This document shows, piece by piece, positions 1 through 12,599 of a stretch of DNA of 64,000 nt (positions within the stretch are counted from its first letter, which is position 1; the number at the start of each line of letters is the position of its first letter). A program made the translations under genes and the position numbers. The notes under the pieces were generated by a model, which was given only the letters and a program-made list of their open reading frames with translations, was not told the DNA's origin and did not search any database. This DNA comes from Balanoglossus misakiensis (Eukaryota; Animalia; Hemichordata). The stretch covers positions 5,905,097-5,969,096 of the forward strand of contig CM082598.2 of assembly GCA_040954595.2 (NCBI GenBank), in the 5' to 3' direction.

Positions 1-1243
1 GATGTGAACCAATCCTGGAAAACACCAACAAACAGAACATTAGGTACAGTGTCATCCGTACAGACAGTGACCTAGAGACACTATTCAAGTGGTTGCTTGA
101 TGAACTGAAACTAAAACAGAAGGAAACCCCTCGTGTAATCATTTTTTGCCGGCGTAGACGACATTGTGCTGAATTGTTTGAACTTTTCTCCTTGAGACTT
201 GCACACAGTGCTTACCATAATTACAATGCCAGCTGCCACAATGATGATCACAACCGTTACTTTGCGATGTTTCATTCCAAAACTGATGAGGTAATCAAAG
301 AATCAATAATATCATCGTTTCAAGACCCAGAAGGGGTAGTAAGGGTGGTTTTCACAACATCTGCCTTTAGCATGGGGATGGATTTGAAGAATATTTCTCA
401 AGTTATCCATTTTGGACCATCAAATGATGCTGATGATTATATACAAGAGACTGGTAGGGTTGGTAGGGACAGTAATGTACAGAGTAGTGCTGTTTTATTA
501 TTGTATAAAGGTTGGATGAGGAGCAACAATATTGACAAATCTATGAGAGATTACTCAAATAACTGTGCAAAATGTCGTCGTAAAGTCCTACTTTAAGAAG
601 ATCCACAATCTCTTGTTGTTTCACATGCTTGTTGTGACATTTGCAGTAAATCATGTAGGTGTATGTGTCCTTGTGAAGATGTTGAATTTTGTCATTGCTC
701 TATTGTCTGTGTTTCTTCAGATATGTACATGTCAAAAGCTGAACGAGAGTTGCGAGCCTTGTCAGAAAGACAAATGCAAGACAGGGAACATTTCAAACAG
801 TTGAGTGTGAAGCATAACGTATAACAACAACAAAGGTCAATTTTTCATACTGAGCTGAATGATTACAGAGATAGTTTGCTGATAGAGATCGATGGGAATT
901 GCATAGTAACAGCAGATTTTGCTACTGGGTTTTCCTCTGCCCTTGTTCATGACCTTGTAAAATATTGTCAGTATATTGACAGTAAGGAAATGTTAGAGAA
1001 ACATTTTCCTTTTTTTCTTGTGAACATGTTTCTTATGTATGGGATTTATTCTGTGAAATACTTGACAGTAGTTCTCTTGAGTCTCAAAATTTTGATGATT
1101 GTATTAACGATATATGTATAGAAGATAATCTGACTAATTTATCTGTAGATGAGGATGTTATTGATAGTGATGATGAAGATCTGGTGTTTGCTTACAGGTC
1201 TAGGTGTCCTCAGATTGTTAGCGACTCTGAAGATGAATATTAA
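1..1243 (+). pseudogene. RecQ-like SF2 helicase C-terminal half (AcademH helicase), disrupted
   Basis: ORF 93-596 has RecQ helicase-C motifs (VIIFCR, MFHS, VVFTTSAFSMGMD, VIHFGP, YIQETGRVGRD, CRR). Reading through the stop at 594-596 gives the Zn-binding CCDIC motif. A further stop and a frameshift follow, then an acidic tail ending at TAA 1241-1243. The 5' part lies outside the window. Confidence 0.85.
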
Positions 1244-2987
1244 AAGATATTTATTGCTTGACAGCAAGACAATTTCTACTCTGGTTTGTCTTTTATTTAT
1301 TATCACTATTATAATAAGCTCAGCTGTTGGCCAACAATTAAGGTATGGAATCATGAAAACAGTTTCAGATATTTTATAAAAATATGAAATGTAATTATAT
1401 GGTGGCCAAACTTTATCATGTAAATCTATTTTATAATACAGGTATCAGTGTTCTCAGGAATATCTGGCGAAGTGGCGGCTAATTTATATAACAATATGGG
1501 TGTCGCTCTGTAATTGCTCTGTGGAGAACAATGGAATGTACACATAAACCTCATTTCCTCCTCCTACTCCCAAGCACGCATAAAACTCAAGTCCACACAC
1601 AGATGTTGGATTTACATTGGGGGTAAACTTTAATATATCACATGGACCGTAGTCCCTAACACTATGAACACTATGAACCCCCCTTCCCCTGCAATATGTT
1701 AAAGCAGGCCTGCCAATCACTAAAAATTTACATTAAATTACATTAGCTATACTTTTTTATAATTGTAAATACAATGAGATGTGATAGACATAAACTGCAA
1801 TACAAACAATGCTTTGATAAATAAACACACAAACAGAAATATGCAAATATATGCTGGTTTTGAAGTTTTTATGCTTCCAGCAATAAATTTGCAGCTGCTA
1901 TGAAGTAACCCACAATTCCCCATTTCAATCATTAATACTCCTGCTTCAGTGTCACTTTCCGTTCAGTGTCACTTTCCTATCTCTTCAGTAGAAATGCTTT
2001 GATGAAAATGTCTGCAAGCTCCTTTTCATCCAATTCTTGAATGCTTTCATATCTAGCATTTCAAGAATGTTTGCTGGCATCTTTTCAAAAGCCTTATGCT
2101 TTCGTGCAGGCTTCGATGCAAACAATTCTGCCTGGTGGAATTGCTGTACCAGTGTAAGAACGTCTTCTGTTGTGTTACCTTGTGTGTGCCTTCCTGATGG
2201 TCGTCGTACCTGCGTTTCCTTGTCATACTTTTTTGTTACTGACTCTGTAATGTTCTGGCTGAGGGCGACTCTGTTGATTGTTCTCTGTGTGATGTCACCC
2301 CTAAAGCTATGTACATCAGTTTTGAATGTTTTATTGTCGTGTTCAATGTCCAAATCCATGGGGTGATTTGTGTCAACCTTTCCTTGCCAATTCACACTTC
2401 TGTTCCACGTCAACTGATACGCCTTCCTTGGAGTTAGCAAGCAATTGACCTGAGCCAGTAATTCCAAAGTAGCATAGGCATATTTGGGGCAGCTTGACAC
2501 TTTGTAGTACAAATTTGTACAGACACACGATTCTCCCCCCCCCCCATCTCCCATATATATAGCATTGTTGTGGTCACGGCGGAGCAGACACAACATCATT
2601 GTATTCCGTGTGTAGTTCAGCACCCGATCATCCTGCAGACTCTGCTCCTCTTCTTCAGAATATTCTTCATGTTGCCTTTCATGTTTCTTCAAATTTACTT
2701 GCCGAACATACTCGCGGTCACACTATCTGCATCTATACTTGCTCCTTGGACACTCTAATTTTGGGACATCACTAACCACATATGTCTTCACTAACTTCCT
2801 CGCTTCAGACATAATGTACTATTTCTTCTCACCATTAGAATCAGGATTGCCTGTAAAATGTTAAATAAAGAATAATTAATTTGATTATGAATAAAATGAC
2901 CACAGTATTTGAGTCAATGTCACGATCATCATCATCTTATTATCTCTTTAGTTTTCATATCATAAGGTGGGATTTGCCTTGACCTAC

Positions 2988-4937
2988 TAGTCCTGTTTCA
3001 TTAGTCAGGTCCATGACATATGTACCGACATCTGTGATTGGTCCATCTGGTAATCTTAGGTCCACTTGAGGCACGCTGATTGGAGGGACCTTATGTGTTA
3101 GGTCTTATTATTATGTATTATTCACTAGACCCTGTAGGTTAGGTCTTATTACTATGTATTATTCACTTTACAGCTCCCTGATTGGTTAATGTGTAGGTCT
3201 GGTCCTCCAGTGTTCACTGCCTCATTATGCAGGACCTTGTAGGTTAGGTCTTATTAAAATGTATGTGTTCAATTTTCAGCTCCCTGATTGGTTAATGTGT
3301 AGGTCTCCAATTTTCACTGCCTAGTCTTTTGTAGTCTCGGTTACCCAGACGCCTTTGCTTCTTCCGATGCTCTCCAGAAAAGGGTCTGGGGAAATACTAT
3401 TGAAAGCTTTGTAAAACAAAATGGCCGATGTCAGGATTTTGATCATCGCCTGATTGGCTGAGCTGTCAGTATGACCCGGGTCACTGCAATAGTTTCGACA
3501 ATCGTCTACTAAAGATATTTCGTATAATTTCTCCAACAATGCTAACAGAGGACGCCTTTTGCCTTTCGCATCAACCAACAAGTACCGGTCTCTTGATATG
3601 AAGATACGACAAATAATCACACATTGTCGAGAATCAGTGACCCGGGTCATACTGACAGCTCAGCCAATCAGGCGATGATCAAAATCCTGACATCGGCCAT
3701 TTTGTTTTACAAAGCTTTCAATAGTATTTCCCCAGACCCTTTTCTGGAGAGCATCGGAAGAAGCAAAGGCGTCTGGGTAACCGAGACTAAGTCTTTTGTA
3801 CTTTCTGAATACAGTTATCGTATTCTGTCTGCCATGCTGCCTGCGCGTTGTCGAAGCTCGATCCCAGTGTATAAAGAAAGGCACTCATATAATGATTGGA
3901 TTTCACCTTTTCCTTCACTATTCATGGCATTTTATGCGATACTGTGAACTAGATACTCGAAATAAAAATTGTAAGGAGAAATTTCGCATTTATTTCCAGT
4001 GGCGGTTTGTTGGAATGGGCTAGTGTTTTGTTACATAATGCAATTCAGCACATCACTTCGTGTAACACCTGGCTGAATACGAAGTGTGTGCTATTCATTC
4101 GAGCAAACCAACAATATCTTACAATAGAAATGTTTAGAATAACATTGCATTTCTTTAATTGTGATACCTCATTAGTTGCTTTACAGGTATGATTACTACA
4201 GGTATGATTATTGTACTTCTTTCACGAAGCTGCACCGTCATAGTTCCATTTTTATGAAAACAATATACGAATGTATAAACGGACAACGTACTCCTTATCA
4301 CAACATCTTCGTCAAAACAAATTTACTTTAAAATAGTAAAACAACAATAATAATATTGATGATGAGAAGTAGGAGGGTGATTAAAAAAATACACAACTGT
4401 TAGCAAAAATGCTTAGATGAGTTAATCAGATTTTTAAAGTCCATCTAAAAATCATTTAATCTTTCCAGGGTGCGGTTTATGTTGGAGATCGTATCAGTCA
4501 GGCTATTTCTCAGAAAATCAATGAATGATCTGCGGACATCCCGAATAATGTGTTACCACAACGCTAGCCAGGAAGCACATGGGACATTTCACAATGAGGC
4601 AGTGAACACTGGGAGACCAGACTGACACGTTAACCAATCAGGGAGCTGTATGGTGAATAAATACATATTAATAAGACCTAACGTACAAGGTCCTGTATAA
4701 TGAGGCAGTGAACACATGGGGGACCAGACTGACACGTTAACCAATCAGGGAGCTGTAAAGTGAATAATGCATAGTAATAAGACCTAACCTACAAGGTCTA
4801 GTGAATAATACATAGTAATAAGACCTAACCTACAAGGTCCCTCCAATCAGCGGACCTTAGAGAAGCGGACAAACCAATCAAAACATGCAATACATGTGTA
4901 TAGGACGTGTAATGTAGTTCATTTTGAAACAGGACTA
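2988..4937. mobile_element. Non-autonomous foldback-type element with TAG...CTA ends (Academ-like) in a transposase intron
   Basis: Ends are TAGTCCTGTTTCA / TGAAACAGGACTA. The ~330-bp imperfect inverted arms (2988-3322 vs ~4597-4937) are built from subrepeats (TAGGTTAGGTCTTATTA, CAGCTCCCTGATTGGTTAA). No TSD is evident. Confidence 0.7.
3332..3789. mobile_element. AcademH-type MITE, 155-bp TIRs, 9-bp TSD
   Basis: TIRs at 3332-3486 and 3635-3789 (TAGTCTCGGTTACCCAGAC...). Direct repeat AGTCTTTTG at 3323-3331 and 3790-3798. Confidence 0.92.
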
Positions 4938-6189
4938 GTGAAACTCGGGTTATGATACTTGCCTTCAAACACATTACATGATGGTGTGCCTGCCACATCA
5001 GCCATACCAAAATGCTCCAGGGCACCAGTAACCAGGTATGCATCAGTGTATTTGTCGAGAAGCTCTGCAGAAGCATAGTAATTCTTTGATGGATCACTTG
5101 TGACATTTCGTGAATTGATGGCATTTCTTGCTGCATACAAAGTCCCAATATCCGGACTAGAACTTGTGGAATACAAATGGTTCCAAATAACCTGTTTAAA
5201 ATACCAAACAATACAGTGATTATGTAATCAATATTTTATCATCAATCAACTCTCTAACTGTGTGGGTTGTAAAATCCAACTAACGCAGTTGGATTTTAAC
5301 AATAAAAACCCACACAATTATTTATTAAACATGATTGTGCACAAAAAAATATTATTCGTCTGTTACCGGATAAATTCTAGGTTTGTTTAAAGTCTCACCT
5401 TGTTCCACTCTGCTTGGGCATGGAAGTCTTCAAGTTTTGGTATTAGGCCATCCAATCGAGTACTTGGACTTCTCCCATCTCTTTTAGTGGACTGTGCCTC
5501 CTTGTGACGTTCAAATGTGAGATAGTCACCTCCACCTAATACCTTAACAGGCTCCATATCATCATCATTATGCCCAGGAACAAAGGTGTGCAGAAACTCA
5601 TGTCAATCATGACACTACATGACACTACAATGTCAATCATATCGTCTCCATATTGTTCATTCTTGGCAAGAATTCCAAGGTGCACCTGTATTAAAATGAA
5701 AATCAACAGAACAATAAAGTGAGTGGGTTTGTTTAAATACAATGGATAGTTCAAAAATATTTTTTTTACAATATGAAAAATAAGGATAAAGTGTCAAGAA
5801 TAGTAAAATGATACCGCAAAAGACTTAAAGTTTTGTGTTTTGATACAATAAAAGGTAATATGTCTTCTCGCTATAACCACATCAAACAATAACACATTTT
5901 TACCTTCTCAGATTTTTTCTTTGTACTTTCCATGTTTTCATGTGGGATAATCTTTTCAACATGGTCACCAAATTTTGCCAGCACTGAGATGTATTGGGTC
6001 CAGGTCCAAACAACAAGTAGTGATAACTCATTGATCAACAACTGGTGGTCTTCTTCACTCGGCAGGAAATGTGTTAGTGGTACACTACCAATTTCTGCAA
6101 TTGGTTTGTTGTCTTGGAGATGGTTTCCTGACACCCGGTTTTTGTACGCAACAATATTGTACAGGTGGTGGTCTTTGGTTTAGATAGAA

Positions 6190-6534
6190 CAAAAGAAATC
6201 ACCACACAAGTGAACAAATGTCGATAAATCGACAGTTGACACTATAAAGTCTCATTGTTTGGAAACAAAAGTGAATATCAAAAAGCTGTCAATCGCCGGT
6301 AACAGATCACCTGGAAGCATTGTCTTTTTTATTTCCACTCCTTCGAGTAAAAAAATTATAATCGTGCATTTTTAGCAAAACAAGAAAGAGAACGGAAATT
6401 TTGGAAAATAAACCAGATTTTCTCAAATTTTAAGTATAGAGCTAACAGAAAATATATAAGGTGTAGGGGAAAACCCGAAATATAAGGAAAAATAATCGAT
6501 TGTAAACAAGTGTCATTAAAACTTCATCTTAACC
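6190..6534 (-). mobile_element. Truncated TTAA-type (Kolobok-like) insertion coinciding with the missing transposase segment
   Basis: On the - strand, TTAA|GGTTAAGATG at 6538-6525. Transposase-like coding resumes abruptly near 6180 with no clear splice acceptor. Only one terminus is seen. Confidence 0.35.
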
Positions 6535-6764
6535 TTAAAAACAAATGAACCGTACCTGTGTATCTTAACAAGGAGGGATTTTTCACTGAACACAAACCAG
6601 TTATTTCTCCGTTGATGTTACTACAGAGTTGTTTCAGAACAGCATCTGTCAAGTCACCTCCCCCGAGAATGATAAATATAGTGCGTGTTCATGAAACAGT
6701 AAATGAGGCTCACCAGAACATCGTTGTCTGCTAATTTTAAACCAGCTGTATCACTTCCTGTCGA

Positions 6765-6946
6765 CGCTTCGTCGGGCACCTTCAACGTTACGCTCATCGG
6801 TGTTCCCGTCGACGGTTCATTGGGCACCTTCGACGTTACACTCATCGGTGTTCCCGTCGACGGTTCATTGGGCACCTTCGACGTTACACTCATCGGTGTT
6901 CCCGTCGACGGTTCATTGGGCACCTTCGACGTTACACTTATCGGTA
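6765..6946 (-). repeat. 48-bp coding tandem repeat (VPNEPSTGTPMSVTSK x ~3.7) in transposase exon 2
   Basis: Direct repeats are visible in the DNA and in ORF 6654-6923. Confidence 0.95.
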
Positions 6947-7929
6947 TTGCCTACATGTCACAGGGACCAAAAATGATACATTTAATGGGCCGTTACTTTG
7001 CTACTTTGTTCGCAAATTACTATATTGAATATCGGAAATTTGTTTCCAGGACATCGGATGCTTTCCAACAATCGTACAATCGTTGGTTATGAACAGAACT
7101 GAACACTAATGCCTCAAAACGTGGCCCATCTCACAAATATAACTTTTTTGCAAAACAAATTAAAATAAAACTCACCAGAACATCATCGTTTCCGAATACC
7201 GCACCGGGTGCACTAGGCGTTGTCGGCGCCGCGGAAACTTGGTTGGCGTCAAACAGTACCCTCTTCCTAGCTCGAGCTCCGTGGCTATCGCAAGGAATAA
7301 CGCGTTTGAGCACTTCTTCCTTCTTCCCATTTCTGCACTTACTTGCTCTAAAAAGTTGACGAAAGTTCTCCAAATTCTTGGTAAGTGTAGCCGCCTTGTC
7401 TCTGCAGGATCTGCAGCAAACATGCGTCTGCAGAAAGGGATCCAAACTTTCCCTGACGATGTACTCGATTTCATCGCAGTATTTTGTTTTCTTCCCCTCG
7501 TGATAGAGTCGACGGCGATTAGCAGGCTTTGTGACACACAGGCCACAAACAACACAGAGAATGTTTTGAGATTTCGGTGAAATGACTGAATTTGTGCTAA
7601 CTTTGGTAGGAGTTGCGACCTCGGAGTTTGACATACTTTCTGAACTTCATAATATAAACATTGCCACGCGACCGGCACGCGATTTTCTCGGGCACGCGAG
7701 CTCCACGCGAGCTCATGCGTTTAAACTTTAACTCCGCCCATTATTTAAATCAGTAACTGCATATTCATGAGATGACGTCGACAAGAATAATTCATAGCAA
7801 CTGGAATGCAGCAAGGTATACAAGTCTATGGGCCTACGCAATCCCTACACATACATACGCGCCCATACACGCTGACGTTTACTCGACACACGGTACATAG
7901 AGAAATTCGGAACAAGTTGTTTAAATGTA

Positions 7930-9137
7930 TTTATCATAAAATAATGAAGCCCTTAGACTTGGAGCAAGTCTAGCTTGCCCGTGGCATAACTGACAAATAA
8001 AGTAGCATCTGACTTGCGCATCTCCTTGACACGTTTCAAATAAGCAAATAAACAATATACACAAACTCGCCTATCTTTCTTGAAGGCAGGTAAACATGAA
8101 ACTTTCTTGGTCTTTGAGGGCCTGTCCGTCTTGGTTAATCACCTGGAAGTAGCGTAGCAGACCCTGACACCAAAGATACCTTCCTCACTTGGAGATTGAC
8201 AATATCGGAACAACGTCCAGCCGTGCAAAGAGCAGTTATCATCATTGTCTTGAGAGCCCCTTAGATGGCGTTAATGTATGAAGATAATCCAAAACTTGAT
8301 TGACATTCCAAGCTGAAGTATACTTGGGCTTGGGAGGCCGAGAAACAAAAATCCCTATCATAAACTGAAGCACAAGAGGGTGGTTACCAAGGCGATAACC
8401 ATCAACTGGCAGGTGTACCGACGATATAGCAGACCGATAAACATTAAGTGTGCGGTATTCCAGCTTCTTGTCAAATAAATCCATCAAAAATTCCAGAACT
8501 ACAGGTACAGGTCCTGAAATAGGCTCATCCTTTTGCAACTTGTACCAATTACTCCAGCGACGCCATGCTGACTCATACTGCGTGGCTGAACCGCGCCGTT
8601 ATAGCGACTGTAAGACCACTCTGGACACTCGTTCTGAAACCCCTCTGGCTCTGAGGGTACTCCTGAAAGCTGCCATACGGCTAGACGTATCTGTCTTTCT
8701 AAGGGGTGATCCTCGTTTGTCACTGGATTTCTCAGTAGATGTGGATACTGTGGTAGTAACAGTGGTGGAGCGCGTTGTGCCGTCCATAATGGTGCCACTA
8801 ACATGACAGAAGTCTTGTCTGATCTTGACGGATCTTGCATAACACATGTGGAATTAGACAAAACGGTGGAAATGCATACCCCTGAAGGCCGGTCCAAGGA
8901 ATTGTAAACGTATCTATCCTCCAAGCTTGTGGATCAGGTTTCCATTTTCCATGCTACATACCGAGGAAACTGATTGTTGAGTCTCGATGCAAACAGATCC
9001 ACCTGAGGAGACAGTTTGAGTTGCCTAAGTGCTGCCTGGAGAACAGTGGGATGAAGATGCCACTCTTTGAAATTGCGCGACAGGTAATCTGCCTCTAGAC
9101 TGGTCTTCCCTGGTCTGTGACTTGCGTATTTCTTCAC
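7930..9137 (-). mobile_element. DIRS1-like tyrosine-recombinase retrotransposon remnant
   Basis: RNase H end and methyltransferase-like region (HRPGK..EADYLSR..EW.L, VDLFASRLN, YAFPPF), followed by the overlapping recombinase N-terminus (VLEFL..L..KKLEYRTLNVYRSAIS..HPLV..F..G....PPKPKY..W.V..VL.YL). Many frameshifts. Confidence 0.85.
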
Positions 9138-9249
9138 TTGTTGTTAAAATTATAAGTCTCAAGGACAAATATTGATTGCATAATATACAACCTTACCTTT
9201 ACATGTACCTTGCTTGTAAATATATTGATAAAGATAATTCATTGCAGGT

Positions 9250-10450
9250 TAAAACATATGAAATGAAATTAAAACAATTAAAGCGGGCAATGAAGATTTT
9301 TTGTTGTTGTAATTTTCAGAGAAAACACTTTGAAGAAGAAATCAGTGGTGTGTGGTGTCACATGACAGCCAACTTAAAGCTGTGACCAGTGAACAAGTAA
9401 ATCTCGGTAGAACCCAGCAATATAAGCGGCGCAGGCTGACTCTTCAGTGTGCTGAACAAATTCATTCCTCCGTACCGGTGTGTTCTGTTCAAGGTCAAAG
9501 GCCATTCAAAGCTTCTAGGGCTGCTTTCGATGGTCTTTGGCATACACTTATTACAACGGCTTCACCAAGTCAACTACAACCCTTTTTGTCTAATTCACCC
9601 AAATTGATTAATAGTGTTCTTCCTACTGTTCTCAAACCATCAAGCAAAGATCTAGAGAATGATGAAAGTAATATGATTAGAAGTTTAAAATGTCTATATG
9701 TGAATGGTGTTATGTCGAAACAGAAATATGCTGCACTAGTAAAGGAAAGGAGAGTTCGATTTCATAAAGCAGAGAGAAAAAGCTGACAGGAACAAAACAC
9801 CTGCTTCTCAGCTCAATGCCCAAACTGACTCTATACAAGAAAGTAACATCCTTTATTCAAAGCCTAGATATAGTTGTAGTTGAAGGCAAAGTTGTCGGTC
9901 GTAAGCGCCCCCTGAGTCCCATGCTTCTAAAATTGAAAATGGGGGAAAATAAGCGATGTGATCTGTGTTGGCTTGGGAAACCCAATTGTTTTCAAATTGC
10001 TTTGGGGTCAGATGAAGCTCCCTTTGGAAAGCATAATCAGGCCACAAGCTGGTTAATAAACTTTCTCAATGTTACACGCAAGCTTGCTAGTCCAGATCAT
10101 ATTTTTTTTACTACTTGGGGCGAACCTTAAGAGTACATGAGAAATTATGCTAAGAGTATTACCTCTGAATTACAAGCCATTGTTACAGAGAAACATGACA
10201 TATTCCAGCATGAGGTGTCATTCAAAGTTTCTCTTCTACCATTTAACATGAAAGGATTGGCCTTTGTTTCAGGGGAGCTTAGCAATGCCGCAAAGTATTT
10301 CTCATCTTTTGCCAATGTTTCAACAGCAAACATGAATACACTGAATGCCTAAGTGGTCCAAATAATAAATGGCAAAACTGGGATTATAGCAAACGAGTGA
10401 TTGATGTAGCAATTATCAACAAAATGAAGAATACTCAAATACAATATTTA
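9250..10450 (+). pseudogene. Decayed putative DDE transposase of uncertain superfamily
   Basis: Consecutive broken ORFs 9352-9786, 9816-10130 and 10137-10352 contain IALGSDEAPFGK..SWLINFLN and LLPFNMKGLAFVSGELSNAAKYFSSFANV, a spacing reminiscent of RNase H-fold D...D cores. A TIR-like end ATGGTCCGCCCC|TTA lies at 10975. Confidence 0.4.
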
Positions 10451-11225
10451 ATGGTGTGATCAAAGTACCATGATTACTTCCAAAAGAGAGGGCAACAGAA
10501 AAGAATTATCACTGACACAGGATATATTCTACCCTTTATAGTTATGCATGAAACAATAAGTGTACTGGACAAAGAAGGTATAAGTCTTTCATTGTTAATA
10601 AAAATTATTCCCCCAATTAATATTTGTAAACTCTCTCTGAATAAAGTGAATATTCCAAAAGCAGAAATGAGAATCAGAAGCTAAAGCAAATATTCTGATC
10701 ATTCTGACAAATGCATAAAGCTGTATAAACATGATGCTAGGTCTACATAAGTTCGTCCTTTTATTCGCCTTTATTAGAGTGCATAAAGGTCATTTGTGGT
10801 CAGCCATTATACCAATTTACAGAGTTACAGATAGATGTATAAAAGAGTATCTTTATGCTGCATAAAGATGATTACAAGAACAGCTTTAATCATATTTATA
10901 CCAACTTTAAGCATTGCATAAACCATTGAATAAACCTTCCAGCCCCCCTCTCCAGGATATCAAATGGTCCGCCCCTTATGTGCGCCCTCACTGATGGCAA
11001 TACAAGTCTTGATTCTGACTGGTTGATGCTCATCATCACATGACTATATTGGACTTTGAAAGAATAGAAAAGCTTTGGGATGGTCTGACACTAGTGACAG
11101 AAGTGTTGCTGCTTGATGTATGTGAAGACTGTTCCGTCCTCGGCCTGTCTCTTCGTTGCTCCAAGTTGTGCATGCAAGTCCTGCCACCCACAGCTTCCTT
11201 ATGGTGAGTCTATATTTTATTACAG

Positions 11226-11398
11226 CCTTGTGTGAACACAACATGAGAAACAGAAAGCCCTCTTGTGAAGGCATTTGATACACAACACTTCAATCACATC
11301 GTCTGCTCGCACAGGTTGTCAGCTTGACTACATTGTACGTAACAGTCTCAGAGAGCAAAGGACATTGGTGGGCGTGGGTGAAGATACTGTTTGGATTG
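11226..11398 (+). pseudogene. Possible decayed F5/8 type C (discoidin) N-terminal exon
   Basis: After the acceptor TTATTACAG it reads IHNTSITSSA ... GHWWA (other frame) ... EDTVWI, resembling IPD..ITASS / GAW.A / QWI. It is truncated by the repeat array. Confidence 0.3.
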
Positions 11399-12164
11399 CA
11401 CATTTCATTGACCCCTGGAAATGGTTGTATTTTTGGGTTAAAAAACATTTTTTGATAGTATGTCATTCAATTGAAATTAGGTAAAAAAGTTGACCATGCA
11501 TCATGCATCTTAATATGTCATTCGAAACTAGAGTACACGTGCAAAAAACAACATGTTGTGTTGCGTTATCTACTTCCATTGAGGAGTAACAGCGTTTGAA
11601 AGTTAGAATTTTAGAAAATTTGATCAAATTCACGGTGAGTTGTATTGAATCAGAGTTTATTCCCGCCAGGGACACTTTATCGACTAAAATTGTTTCGTAT
11701 TGTTAGATGGGTCATGCACAATCCCCAGTTAAAATTTGAGCAAATTCGGCCAACGCAGAGCGAAGCTATTTTCGTCTGAAGTTGTCAAGAGCAGCGAAAA
11801 TGCAAACTGAGAAAAACGGCAGTTTGCATTGTTGACACCTATTTCTTAAGCAGTGAACTCATTCAGTGATATTTAGGGGTGATTATGCACCATTTCCGCC
11901 AAGACGCATTTGTCAGAATGTGGATCAGTATTAGACCTACCGAGTTATGTAAAAAAGTTAAATTTGGCAGAAATCACAACTTTTCATGCAATACCACCTT
12001 AACACGATTTTTCAAAGAATGTTTGGAAACGAGCTTATAGCATCTTTGCCATTGTCAAGGTTTTGCCATCTCTAAAGATCATGAAAAAACTAATTTTGAA
12101 TGGAGTACCCTCGGAAACCTCTTAAAATTTTGTGTGTTTATCTGTGCGATACCATGAGGCGATC

Positions 12165-12303
12165 GATGATATGGTCAGGGCGTTATGGCCAAAGGGGACT
12201 GTTCCTGTCCTGATGATATGGTCAGGGCATTATGGCCAAAGGGGACCGTACCTGTCCTGATGATATGGTCAGGGCATTATGGCCAAAGGGGACCATACCT
12301 GTA
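12165..12303. repeat. 47-bp tandem triplication
   Basis: GATGATATGGTCAGGGC... starts at 12165, 12212 and 12259. It is single-copy in the other array units. Confidence 0.9.
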
Positions 12304-12599
12304 CTTTATGATAAGAGCTACATCACAAACAGCTCGAGAAAATTGTTAATCGTTATCTAAATTTGACTGCATGGGCGAATTAAATTTCCAATCCCAACAT
12401 GAAAATTTAGAATCTATAACAGTGTGACCTAAATTGGATATTGGTAATTAAATACGACTTAAAGTTTATTGCTTTATAGTTCATCCCCGCGATTTCTCTG
12501 CGAGCAGTCAAATACACACAGCACTGAACCTCAAAGGTTTGGATGATACCAAGAGGCGGTGGTACGATCAGAGTTTTTTAGGTTCCATTTGTATACATA

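Larger units (their letters stand above)
1985..7634 (-). pseudogene. Academ (DUF6589-like) DDE transposase, multi-exon, disrupted
   Basis: Approximate exons: 7634-7176, 6950-6715, 6645-6557, ~6180-5904, 5685-5399, 5191-4963 and 2850-1985. Motifs include HLYNIVAYKNRV, GGGDYLTFER, IPKLEDFH, GTLY, DRVLNY..AIYMGDG and WNRSVNWQG...PMDLDIEHDNK. It has in-frame stops near 2820 and 2730, frameshifts, and a missing middle section. Confidence 0.82.
1..7818. mobile_element. AcademH-type DNA transposon (convergent helicase + transposase), partial
   Basis: A RecQ helicase paired with an Academ transposase is the defining content of AcademH. The right boundary (...GCAGCAAGGTA, 7818) is a guess because the partner TIR is outside the window. 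Confidence 0.7.

Noticed and set aside
93-596. Host RecQ gene (BLM/WRN/RECQL)
   Set aside because: Intronless here, disrupted, and convergent with an Academ transposase, which fits an AcademH helicase better.
3321-3947. Pair of opposite-strand ORFs with an identical peptide
   Set aside because: An artefact of the 155-bp TIRs of the MITE.
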